A stretch of DNA of 57,189 bases from NCBI GenBank assembly GCA_021811685.1, contig JAJZNT010000022.1, forward strand, positions 1 through 57,189, read 5' to 3'. A model generated the notes under the pieces. The model ran no database searches, had not been told where the DNA came from, and worked only from the letters and a program-made list of their open reading frames with translations. Source of the stretch: a bacterium (lineage in GTDB: Bacteria > Patescibacteriota > Saccharimonadia > Saccharimonadales > UBA4665). Below, in pieces: positions 37,455-44,871 of this stretch. Within the stretch, counting starts at the first letter, position 1. Every line of letters begins with the position of its first letter. The translations under genes and the position numbers were made by a program.

Positions 37455-37708
37455 TTAAGTCCTTTTTTGTAAAAGCTAAACCTAGCATTTTTTATATCTT
37501 CATCTGTAGCTGATTTAATATTACGCTTCTTGATATCAGCTGCTATAGAACTAGCTACATCTTTCATGGAAGGGACTTTTTCTATTACTAAATAACTATC
37601 GCCTGTCCGGAACTGAACCTTATCATTAGCAGATATGCCCAACTCTTCTCTTGCTTCCTTTGGAATAGTGACTTGGAACTTGCTAGTAATACTATACGTT
37701 GTACTCAT
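37445..37708 (-). CDS. AbrB/SpoVT-family antitoxin
   Basis: MSTTYSITSKFQVTIPKEAREELGISANDKVQFRTGD. Overlaps the PIN gene by 10 nt. Start moved to the ATG at 37708. Confidence 0.65.
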   Translation of the reverse strand: MSTTYSITSKFQVTIPKEAREELGISANDKVQFRTGDSYLVIEKVPSMKDVASSIAADIKKRNIKSATDEDIKNARFSFYKKGLKWQ

Positions 37709-37715
37709 ACCACTA

Positions 37716-37743
37716 ATTATAGTATTACTAAACTTTTTGTCAA
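37716..37743 (-). promoter_or_regulatory. promoter TTGACA-16-TATAAT, ATG 7 nt downstream (leaderless candidate)
   Basis: Minus strand reads TTGACAaaaagtttagtaatacTATAATtagtggtATG. Confidence 0.45.
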
Positions 37744-38078
37744 TACCATTATTTATACTCTGCTGAAGTTGATCTTGCCACAGCGTAAACACTTCCCCGT
37801 CGTATAATTGTGATCAAAGAAACCTTGCTCAACTCACCATATAACTCTATGTTTGATGCCAACCTTACCGCGACACAACTTGCGAGTATCTTTGCTTGAG
37901 TGGAACTTAATAGCTGGCTCGCTATGATCATGTTTAAAATCACGCTTTAATATGCCGCCTGCACGCCAACTATCTGAATCTTCTTTAATTCTCATAGTTT
38001 CATTTTATCATCACGTTATAATAATGGATTTTTGAACAGTGGTGACGTACGGTTTGAGGTGAATTTCGAACAGAGGTA

Positions 38079-38123
38079 GCGTATGCTTGGCGGGCCGTGG
38101 CGAATGGAGTCTGGAACTATTTT
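38079..38123 (-). repeat. cassette-boundary repeat R3
   Basis: Plus strand reads GCGTATGCTTGGCGGGCCGTGG-cgaatggagtc-TGGAACTATTTT. The PIN stop codon (CTA on the plus strand, 38117-38119) lies inside the GGAACTATT arm. Confidence 0.7.
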
Positions 38124-38497
38124 ATGATAAGTACTGGTAGCTCTGTGTGACTATAGTCCTTGAAGTGGCCATCAATTGTAATAATCTCGTCACATACCGC
38201 TTCTTCAGCCGAAATTGCTTGTAAACAATCCTCAAAGTCTTTACCGTCGTATCTGATACGTGCCGTGGACGTGGTTTTTTCAGTTATAGGCAGCACCTCC
38301 CATACCGATAATAGACTATCTACAGCTTCAGTATTAACCTTATATCTTTCTGCCATGTACCAAACAATATGCACAGTTAAAGCACTAATGGAGTATTGAT
38401 TATCTGGGTCTTGAATTAAAGACTGGCATTTGTCAGATAATTTCCTATCAAAAAGTATTTCAAGTAATACGTTGGCATCTATAAAAACGTGTTTCAC
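38117..38497 (-). CDS. PIN-domain toxin
   Basis: 126 aa with VFIDANVLLEILF...GKDFEDCLQ...IITID. Paralog of 38904..39275. Confidence 0.75.
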   Translation of the reverse strand: MKHVFIDANVLLEILFDRKLSDKCQSLIQDPDNQYSISALTVHIVWYMAERYKVNTEAVDSLLSVWEVLPITEKTTSTARIRYDGKDFEDCLQAISAEEAVCDEIITIDGHFKDYSHTELPVLIIK

Positions 38498-38499
38498 TT

Positions 38500-38769
38500 C
38501 TAAGAATTTCTTTCTGCTAAAGCCTCGCCATAAAGTTCTTTTGTTGTCTTATATTCATCTGTTAAACCCCTGTTACGTGCAAATGATTTTCGGTTACGAT
38601 TGAGCATTGCAGCAACACTAGCACCGTTGCCTTTAATATTATTTTGTACAGGTCTGAGTGAGCCAACTACTTCTGAATGGCGAATGATAAAAACCTCTTC
38701 ACCACTCTGTAGTCTATCTAAGTATTCACTTAAATTACTTCTCAACTTCTTTGCAGTAACTGTTACCAT
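38500..38769 (-). CDS. Phd/YefM-type antitoxin
   Basis: MVTVTAKKLRSNLSEYLDRLQSGEEVFIIRHSEVVGSLRPV. Start moved to the ATG at 38769, which follows an AAAGGA SD. Confidence 0.65.
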   Translation of the reverse strand: MVTVTAKKLRSNLSEYLDRLQSGEEVFIIRHSEVVGSLRPVQNNIKGNGASVAAMLNRNRKSFARNRGLTDEYKTTKELYGEALAERNS

Positions 38770-38857
38770 AATTATCCTTTTAATTATATTTATAGTGTAC
38801 GCTTTAGAGATAACTTTGTCAATATTACCAAATAAAAAAGCACTCAACAATTAAAGT

Positions 38858-38902
38858 GCGTATGCTTGGCGGGCCGTAGCTTTGCAGGTGTGGAACTATT
38901 TT
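38858..38902 (-). repeat. cassette-boundary repeat R4
   Basis: Plus strand reads GCGTATGCTTGGCGGGCCGTAG-ctttgcaggtg-TGGAACTATTTT. Ends 1 nt from the PIN stop at 38904. Confidence 0.7.
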
Positions 38903-38903
38903 G

Positions 38904-39275
38904 CTAACGAAGCAACACCACAGCCATATCATTAGAATATTTCTTAGATAAAGGTTCGTCCAAAGTGACTAGTCGGCTACAATTTTCTCGGACCGCACAA
39001 GCCACTTGAAAGGCGTCTTCAAAATCCTTGCCATTAAAACGTGCGAACGCCCATTGCGCATCAGCATCTACAATTGGAAGCCAGACGAAACTTCCTAGAA
39101 ACGCTTTGACAGGTTCCCAAGGTAACTTGTCTCTCTCGACAAAGTACATAACCAAGTCAAGCGTAAGAGTTGAAATAGCCTTGTCTTCATCACTATTAAG
39201 AAAATCTTCGCAAACGGTTGCTCGAGCACGTCTTAAAATCACTTCCAATAGCACGTTAGCGTCAACAAAGGTCAT
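38904..39275 (-). CDS. PIN-domain toxin
   Basis: 123 aa with TFVDANVLLEVIL...GKDFEDAFQ...LVTLD. Confidence 0.75.
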   Translation of the reverse strand: MTFVDANVLLEVILRRARATVCEDFLNSDEDKAISTLTLDLVMYFVERDKLPWEPVKAFLGSFVWLPIVDADAQWAFARFNGKDFEDAFQVACAVRENCSRLVTLDEPLSKKYSNDMAVVLLR

Positions 39276-39556
39276 TTGTTGTAATACTTTCTGTCTCGAA
39301 GCTCAGTAATTTGTTCTTTGATGCTACGCTTGTCATCTTTTACCGCATAGCTTGCGAGCGCATCGTGTAAACTCTGTAGGCTCCTGCGAATAGCCTCTGG
39401 TGAGCCACGTCGCAATGCTCCGTGAACGGGCTCCACTGGCTGCAAAACTCCAATAACACTGTGTCTGTAACTTAACTGGACAGACTTTCCTTGCCGTAAG
39501 TTACGAATGACTTGCTGCATATTTTCACGTAGTTGTTTAGTTGTTATAACGGTCAT
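39272..39556 (-). CDS. Phd/YefM-type antitoxin
   Basis: MTVITTKQLRENMQQVIRNLRQGKSVQLSYRHSVIGVLQPV. Overlaps the PIN gene by 4 nt. Confidence 0.65.
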   Translation of the reverse strand: MTVITTKQLRENMQQVIRNLRQGKSVQLSYRHSVIGVLQPVEPVHGALRRGSPEAIRRSLQSLHDALASYAVKDDKRSIKEQITELRDRKYYNK

Positions 39557-39563
39557 GCTCTAA

Positions 39564-39592
39564 GTTTAACTTATATGACTATTACTTGTCAA
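39564..39592 (-). promoter_or_regulatory. promoter TTGACA-17-TTAAAC plus an 11-nt inverted-repeat operator, ATG 7 nt downstream
   Basis: The inverted repeat AAGTTTAACTT (39562-39572) / AAGTTAAACTT (39591-39601) brackets the promoter. Its distal arm touches the last nt of tRNA-Asp. Confidence 0.4.
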
Positions 39593-39600
39593 GTTAAACT

Positions 39601-39677
39601 TGGCGGGCCCGACCGGATTCGAACCGGCGATCTCCTCCGTGACAGGGAGGCGTGATAGGCCTCTTCACTACGAGCCC
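39601..39677 (-). tRNA. tRNA-Asp (anticodon GTC), CCA encoded
   Basis: Hand fold: acceptor GGGCTCG/CGGGCCC, D-stem GTGA/TCAC, anticodon stem CCTCC/GGAGG with loop CTGTCAC, T-arm GCCGG-TTCGAAT-CCGGT, 3' GCCA. Confidence 0.8.
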
Positions 39678-39730
39678 GCATAAACGACAGGGGTAATAAT
39701 ACCAGAACGAAGGCTGTATTAAAATACTCC

Positions 39731-39804
39731 TGGTGCGGGTGAGGGGAGTTGAACCCCTGTCTCAGCCTTGGGAAGGCCATATAATGCCGCTATACGACAC
39801 CCGC
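39731..39804 (-). tRNA. tRNA-Gly (anticodon CCC), CCA encoded
   Basis: Acceptor GCGGGTG/CACCCGC, anticodon loop TTCCCAA, T-arm AGGGGTTCAACTCCCCT, 3' ACCA. Confidence 0.8.
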
Positions 39805-39880
39805 TGGAGCCACCTGTCGGGATTGAACCGACGACCTACACGTTACGAATGTGTCGCTCTACCGACTGAGCTAAGGTGGC
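39805..39880 (-). tRNA. tRNA-Thr (anticodon CGT), CCA encoded
   Basis: GCCACCTTAGCTCAGTCGGTAGAGC..., anticodon loop TTCGTAA, T-arm GGTTCAATCC, 3' TCCA. Its 3' A abuts the first nt of tRNA-Gly. Confidence 0.8.
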
Positions 39881-39932
39881 ATCAAATTATCCGTAATTAT
39901 AGCAAAAGCTGTTACAATATACCCCAGTATAT

Positions 39933-40289
39933 ATGGCAACCACGAGGACTTATTTCCGAGATCATTTTGTTTTGTTTTTGCTCACAAGTAACGTTTTTCT
40001 GGCGTTATTTACGGCCATTTTTGTTTTTTTAAGACTATCTACTTCACACAATAGCAGTTATATAATTCAATATCGTTCTAACCTGGGAGTTAGCGCTTTT
40101 CAGACCGGAAGTATAAGCGAAATGATTAGTTTCGGGATCTTTGCATTGCTAATTTTAGCTATTAGCGTAGCGATTAGTGTTAGGGCGTATTCTATAAATC
40201 GGAATTTGTCCATTGGCGTATTATCGGCCGGAATCATCCTTACAATTTTAGACATTATTGTAAGCAATGCGCTATTAGCTTTGCACTAG
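39933..40289 (+). CDS. small polytopic membrane protein
   Basis: 118 aa with three hydrophobic helices. Lies immediately upstream of the GT2 gene. Confidence 0.45.
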   Translation: MATTRTYFRDHFVLFLLTSNVFLALFTAIFVFLRLSTSHNSSYIIQYRSNLGVSAFQTGSISEMISFGIFALLILAISVAISVRAYSINRNLSIGVLSAGIILTILDIIVSNALLALH

Positions 40290-40294
40290 AGACA

Positions 40295-41926
40295 ATGAAA
40301 GATATTGAGATACCTTATGAGAAAGACCGCCACGGACATTACCGGCTATTTGAAATTTTACCAGGTGCTTTAAGCTGGTTACTACTATTGCTGCCCATCA
40401 TACTTAGCTTCATAAATATAACTGCTGCAGTAGTCTTCATCCTAGCCTACCTGTTGATTTACTTTGTCCGTTCTGTCGGCTTTAGTCTTGCCGGGTTTAA
40501 GGGCTATAGGATGATGAAAAGAGACATAAAGCTGGACTGGAGAGCTTTAATTGAAGACGTTGAGCGTAATGGCATAGTCGAAGGTGACGGAGTAAAACGG
40601 CCTCAGTGGCATATGAGAAATATTGAAAGAAAAAAAACCATATCGAATCCGTTTAAGCCATCTGAACTTATTCATGTTGCAATTATTGCCACCGTAAACG
40701 AGGGACGAGAAGTGCTAGAGCCTACCATCCGTTCAATTATTAACGGGCATCACGACAACTCTCGCCTCATTCTAATAATCGCTTATGAGGGCAGGGCGGG
40801 CGAGGAGACAGAGAAGCGTGTTCTTGACCTAGTAGATGATTATAAGAGTCAGTTTATGGACATGTTTGCGGTTAAACATCCCGCAAATACCCCGGGAGAA
40901 GTAATAGGCAAGGGGTCGAATATTACTTATGCCGGGCGACAACTTAAAACGTATCTGGAGTCTAAGAATATAGATCCCGAAACCGTCATTGTTACAACTC
41001 TAGATTCGGACAATCGTCCTGACGAACGTTATTTTTTGGCGGTTAGTTATGCGTTTTGTCTAGTGTCCGATCCTATACGGGCTTCCTACCAGCCTTTACC
41101 GATGTTTACTAACAACATATGGGATGCTCCGACAATGATGAGGGTGATTGCTACCGGAAACACGGTATTTTATATAGTGGGTACTACAAGGCCGCACAGG
41201 GTACGCAATTTCTCAGCCCATGCCCAGTCCATGAGGGCTTTAATAGACATGGACTTTTGGAGTGTTAGAACTATTGTTGAAGACGGGCACCATTTTTGGC
41301 GCAGCTACTTTCATTTTGACGGGGACTACCAGGTATATCCTTTAAGTATTCCTGTCTATCAGGATGCGGTTTTGGCCGAAGGCTATATTAAGACCATTAA
41401 AGCTCAATTTACTCAGCTTAGAAGATGGACTTACGGCGCTTCAGATGTCGCCTATGTGGCAGATAAAGGGTTTTTCAGGAAGAATTCTATTCCTAAAGCA
41501 GATCTAATAGGTAAGTTCTTCAATCTGTTAGAAGGGCATGTTACTTGGGCTACGGGTACCATTCTAGTTTTCGGTGCGGCATTCATTCCACCCCTAATCA
41601 GTCCGCAAAGCTTTGCAGCTAACGAGATACCATTGATAGTTAGTAGAATTCAAAGAGTAGGCTTGATAGGTCTATTGGCTACGGTTTATGTGTGCATGGT
41701 AACTTTGCCGCCTAGGCCCAGGCGTTACCGTCGACATCGTTCCGTTCTTATGGTGGTTCAGTGGGTATTAGCACCAGTTACGAGTATTGCCTTTGCTTCT
41801 TTAGCGGCTTTTAATTCTCAGACCAGGCTAATGTTTAAGCGTTATCTGAGTAAGTTTGATGTTACCGAGAAGGCGGTTGTAGTAGAAAAGGGTAAGGTTA
41901 TAAGCACTAGGCCTGATCCCAGTTAG
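40295..41926 (+). CDS. family-2 glycosyltransferase, processive synthase-like membrane protein
   Basis: 543 aa with N- and C-terminal TM helices, the catalytic motifs TLDSDNRPD and ED, and QLRRW (the Q(R/Q)xRW signature of processive beta-glycan synthases). Confidence 0.7.
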   Translation: MKDIEIPYEKDRHGHYRLFEILPGALSWLLLLLPIILSFINITAAVVFILAYLLIYFVRSVGFSLAGFKGYRMMKRDIKLDWRALIEDVERNGIVEGDGVKRPQWHMRNIERKKTISNPFKPSELIHVAIIATVNEGREVLEPTIRSIINGHHDNSRLILIIAYEGRAGEETEKRVLDLVDDYKSQFMDMFAVKHPANTPGEVIGKGSNITYAGRQLKTYLESKNIDPETVIVTTLDSDNRPDERYFLAVSYAFCLVSDPIRASYQPLPMFTNNIWDAPTMMRVIATGNTVFYIVGTTRPHRVRNFSAHAQSMRALIDMDFWSVRTIVEDGHHFWRSYFHFDGDYQVYPLSIPVYQDAVLAEGYIKTIKAQFTQLRRWTYGASDVAYVADKGFFRKNSIPKADLIGKFFNLLEGHVTWATGTILVFGAAFIPPLISPQSFAANEIPLIVSRIQRVGLIGLLATVYVCMVTLPPRPRRYRRHRSVLMVVQWVLAPVTSIAFASLAAFNSQTRLMFKRYLSKFDVTEKAVVVEKGKVISTRPDPS

Positions 41927-41940
41927 TCTAAGCACTCCAA

Positions 41941-42351
41941 TTAATTTGATTGATTATGAAAAGCGGCGTAGTGAGTGGCCGCTGCTTTATCGAAGTGGTT
42001 TAGGCTTTCAAGCACCGAGTCTATAATTTGCATTTGGTCCAAAAGGCCATCTTTTGCGACCTTAGATAATTTGGTTATTATCGTAGCGGCTATATACCTA
42101 GCATCAATTATCGGCGATTTTCTATGCTTCAGACTTTCATAAATACTTAAGAAAAGCTTTTCCTCCATAAATTCGCTAATCTCTCCCGATATGCTTTTCA
42201 CAGACCAGGCCTGATAAAGGTTAACGCTCTCGGTAGTGCTAAATATTGCTTTACATGTAGGGCATAGGCGCCTGCGCCATGTCTGGTTAGTTCTTTGTCT
42301 GGATCTAGAATTAATAACCTGGGTTTGAGATCCGCAATATATACAAACCAT
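41941..42351 (-). CDS. nrdR: NrdR-like transcriptional repressor (short)
   Basis: Zn-ribbon CIYCGSQTQVINSRSRQRTNQTWRRRLCPTCKAIFSTTE matches the NrdR N-terminus. The C-terminal ATP-cone region is shortened (136 aa in total). Confidence 0.7.
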   Translation of the reverse strand: MVCIYCGSQTQVINSRSRQRTNQTWRRRLCPTCKAIFSTTESVNLYQAWSVKSISGEISEFMEEKLFLSIYESLKHRKSPIIDARYIAATIITKLSKVAKDGLLDQMQIIDSVLESLNHFDKAAATHYAAFHNQSN

Positions 42352-42415
42352 GACAATATATTGTCATAGCGCAATTAATATTGCCAGTGCATAACTGTAT
42401 TTAATTGTGTATATA

Positions 42416-42586
42416 TAAAAAGAGAACCGACAGTTTTCGGTTCTCTACACTGTTTTTGTAATCTATTTACCTTGGTCGCCTGATGCGATTTGTTGGCTTA
42501 GATCCCAGGTCTTCGTAAAACAACTGAAAGGATCCGAGCACGCTTGCCTTGACGGTACTCAAAACTCCACTTTTGCTCCGTTTAAC
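42416..42586 (-). ncRNA. candidate ~170-nt RNA or leader with its own promoter and intrinsic terminator, upstream of nrdR
   Basis: Promoter TTGACA (42616-42621) -17- TAACAT (42593-42598) on the minus strand. Terminator stem AGAGAACCGA/TCGGTTCTCT (42421-42446) followed by TTTTT on the minus strand. No ORF in between. Confidence 0.3.
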
Positions 42587-42684
42587 CAGGAAATGTTACC
42601 TGATATAGTGGTTCATGTCAAGCGATTGAAGCTTTGGTATTTACAGATTGGGATGGTATAGTAACTAGGAATTCTGGATAAAAA

Positions 42685-42762
42685 GGGCGATTAGCTCAGT
42701 TGGCTAGAGCGCTCCCTTGACGTGGGAGAGGTTCATAGGTTCGAGTCCTATATCGCCCACCA
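42685..42762 (+). tRNA. tRNA-Val (anticodon GAC), CCA encoded
   Basis: GGGCGATTAGCTCAGTTGG..., anticodon stem CTCCC/GGGAG with loop TTGACGT, T-arm GGTTCGAGTCC, 3' ACCA. Followed by the hairpin AGCTCCCaaaaGGGAGCT. Confidence 0.8.
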
Positions 42763-42965
42763 AGCTCCCAAAAGGGAGCTGTATTTATAACTAAGGCGCG
42801 TTATGCTTAAGCCCATATTTGATATAAACAAAAAATACTTATCCACACCTATAAGTGTGCAAAATACAGCAAATATATGCTAGCCTAATAGTACTATCCT
42901 TGATATGATAGTCATCACAGGTGAGGTTTTGTCGAGATTGTTTTCTCCTCAAAACATTGAGCTGA

Positions 42966-43008
42966 GCGGTTGAATGAATTTGCGAGATCATTCAACCGCT
43001 TTTATTTA
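42966..43008 (+). terminator. intrinsic terminator-like hairpin inside the thrS leader
   Basis: Perfect 12-bp stem GCGGTTGAATGA / TCATTCAACCGC followed by TTTTATTTATT. Ends 28 nt before the thrS ATG. Confidence 0.5.
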
Positions 43009-43035
43009 TTACTTGAAATTGTTACAGTTACAGAT

Positions 43036-44871
43036 ATGTCAGAGAAAGAAATTGTTGCATTCAGGCATAGTTTGGCGCACATATTAGCCGCGTCGATTCA
43101 AAAGTTATGGCCCCGGGCACAGTTCGGAGTTGGTCCTACCACCGAAGAAGGATTTTATTACGATGTTAAAATTCCGGATTATGCGTTGTCGGAAGACGAC
43201 CTTACTCGAATAGAAACCGAGATGCGCGGGATTATTAGAGAAGATGTTGCTTTTGAGCAATATGATCTGCCTATTAAGGAGGCCATAAAGTGGGCGGAGG
43301 ATAATGCTCAACCGTACAAAGCGGAACTGCTTAACGATCTAAAGCGATCCGGAACTACTAATGCGAAAGACCTTAAAGTTGAAGAGATGGGTCGGATTGC
43401 ATCCGGTGACTCAAAAGTCTCAAGCGTATCTTTCTATAAGAGTGGAGACTTTGTGGATCTCTGTAAGGGGCCGCACGTAGAATCAACCGGTAAAGTCGGT
43501 GCCTTTAAGCTGCTTAGAGTTAGTGGTGCATATTGGCGAGCAGACATACATAAGGATCAGCTGCAAAGGGTCTATGGTGTAGCATTTGCAACCGATAAAG
43601 AGTTAGAAGCATATCTAGAGGGATTAGAGAAAGCCCAGGAGAATGATCACCGCAAGCTCGGTCAGGAGTTAGACTTATTTGTTTTGTCGGATCTGGTGGG
43701 GCCAGGGCTGCCGCTGTTTACACCCAGGGGAACCGTTATAAGGAATCAGTTATTGGCCTTCTCCGAAGAGCTACAAGCAGCAGGGGGTTATGAGGCGGTT
43801 TGGGCTCCGCATATTACCAAAGTAGAGCTTTACAAGAAATCGGGCCATTATGAAAAATACCCTGAAAGGTTTGAGGTTAAAAGTATAGAGTCGGATGACG
43901 AATTCATGCTAAAACCAATGAACTGCCCCCATGTTACACAGATATTTGCTTCCCGCCCGCGCAGCTATCGGGACATGCCTCAGCGATATATGGAGACGAC
44001 TACCATGTATCGTGATGAAAAAAGCGGTGAACTCCATGGGCTATCAAGGGTTAGGTCGTTAACCCAAGACGACTCACATGCGTTTGTGCGCCCTGATCAG
44101 GTTGAGGATGAGTTCAGATCAATCATCGGTATGGTTAAGCAGATGTATCTAGTATTAGATATGCCATTACTGGTTGATCTTTCCTTCAGAGACGATAGCG
44201 ACCAGTACTTTGGAGATAGGGCGCTTTGGGATGATGCAGAGAAGACCATTGAACGCATTGCTAAGGAGGAAGACCTCAGCTACCAAGTAGTTAGAGGAGA
44301 GGCAGCTTTTTACGGACCGAAAATAGATATTCATGTTAAAGACGGGTTGGGTCGTAAGTGGCAGTGTGCAACTATTCAACTGGACTATGTTCAGCCAGAA
44401 CGGTTTGATCTTGCCTATATAGACAAAGACGGCTCGCAAAAACGTCCGGTAATGATCCATAAGGCTATACTTGGCTCAATCGAGAGGTTCTTGAGTGTGT
44501 ATATAGAGCATACTGGCGGAAGGTTCCCGATATGGCTGGCTCCCGAGCAGATACGGATAATTACCTTAAACCAGGATAAAGCCATAGAGGACTTCTCGAA
44601 TAAGCTAATAGAAGATGCAAGAAGCTTATCTCTAAGGGTTAGGCTTGATGATGATAATGAATCGGTAGGTAAGAGAATTCGTAGTGCTGAAATAATGAAA
44701 GTTCCTTATGTCCTAGTAATAGGGCCTAAGGAAGTAAACAGCGGAGATGTGCTGCCGCGGATACGTAGCGATATGGTGATTCAGGAGCGTAAGGACCCCT
44801 TATCTGTCAGCGAGTTCTTAAAAACCGTGGCAAATGAAGCAAAATCCAGAACTACGCACTCATCACTTTAA
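43036..44871 (+). CDS. thrS: threonine--tRNA ligase (no N-terminal TGS domain)
   Basis: Starts MSEKEIVAFRHSLAHILA (editing-domain HxxxH). Class II motifs (FMLKPMNCPH, YRDEKSGELHGLSRVRSLTQDDSH, GEAAFYGPKID). The track start at 42970 lies inside the terminator hairpin. Confidence 0.9.
   Translation: MSEKEIVAFRHSLAHILAASIQKLWPRAQFGVGPTTEEGFYYDVKIPDYALSEDDLTRIETEMRGIIREDVAFEQYDLPIKEAIKWAEDNAQPYKAELLNDLKRSGTTNAKDLKVEEMGRIASGDSKVSSVSFYKSGDFVDLCKGPHVESTGKVGAFKLLRVSGAYWRADIHKDQLQRVYGVAFATDKELEAYLEGLEKAQENDHRKLGQELDLFVLSDLVGPGLPLFTPRGTVIRNQLLAFSEELQAAGGYEAVWAPHITKVELYKKSGHYEKYPERFEVKSIESDDEFMLKPMNCPHVTQIFASRPRSYRDMPQRYMETTTMYRDEKSGELHGLSRVRSLTQDDSHAFVRPDQVEDEFRSIIGMVKQMYLVLDMPLLVDLSFRDDSDQYFGDRALWDDAEKTIERIAKEEDLSYQVVRGEAAFYGPKIDIHVKDGLGRKWQCATIQLDYVQPERFDLAYIDKDGSQKRPVMIHKAILGSIERFLSVYIEHTGGRFPIWLAPEQIRIITLNQDKAIEDFSNKLIEDARSLSLRVRLDDDNESVGKRIRSAEIMKVPYVLVIGPKEVNSGDVLPRIRSDMVIQERKDPLSVSEFLKTVANEAKSRTTHSSL

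Noticed and set aside
34914-39677. CRISPR array, or classical integron with attC sites
   Set aside because: The repeats are 28-58 nt, imperfect, and spaced 0.5-1.7 kb apart with whole genes between them, so this is not a CRISPR array. I could not find the RYYYAAC/GTTRRRY boxes or the paired L/R inverted repeats of attC sites. No IntI-type integrase with its extra domain is present. I therefore describe it only as integron-like or att-scar-like.
39589-40032. Track ORFs 39589..39780 (-) and 39733..40032 (+)
   Set aside because: They are translations across the tRNA-Asp/Gly/Thr genes (for example ...GVEPLSQPWEGHIMPLYDTR...) and are not protein-coding.
42763-43035. T-box riboswitch upstream of thrS
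   Set aside because: A terminator is present, but the conserved T-box sequence, a plausible specifier loop with ACC/ACU and a TGGA bulge were not found by eye. The class is left open.
42970-43035. N-terminal extension of thrS from the track start at 42970, and similar extensions at 2442, 3877, 6875, 8695, 11494, 25579, 27792, 32365, 37043, 37792, 38850 and 48544
   Set aside because: The extensions start at non-ATG codons inside promoters, terminators or boundary repeats. Downstream ATGs line up with the family N-termini, and many have an SD or a correctly placed -10 element.
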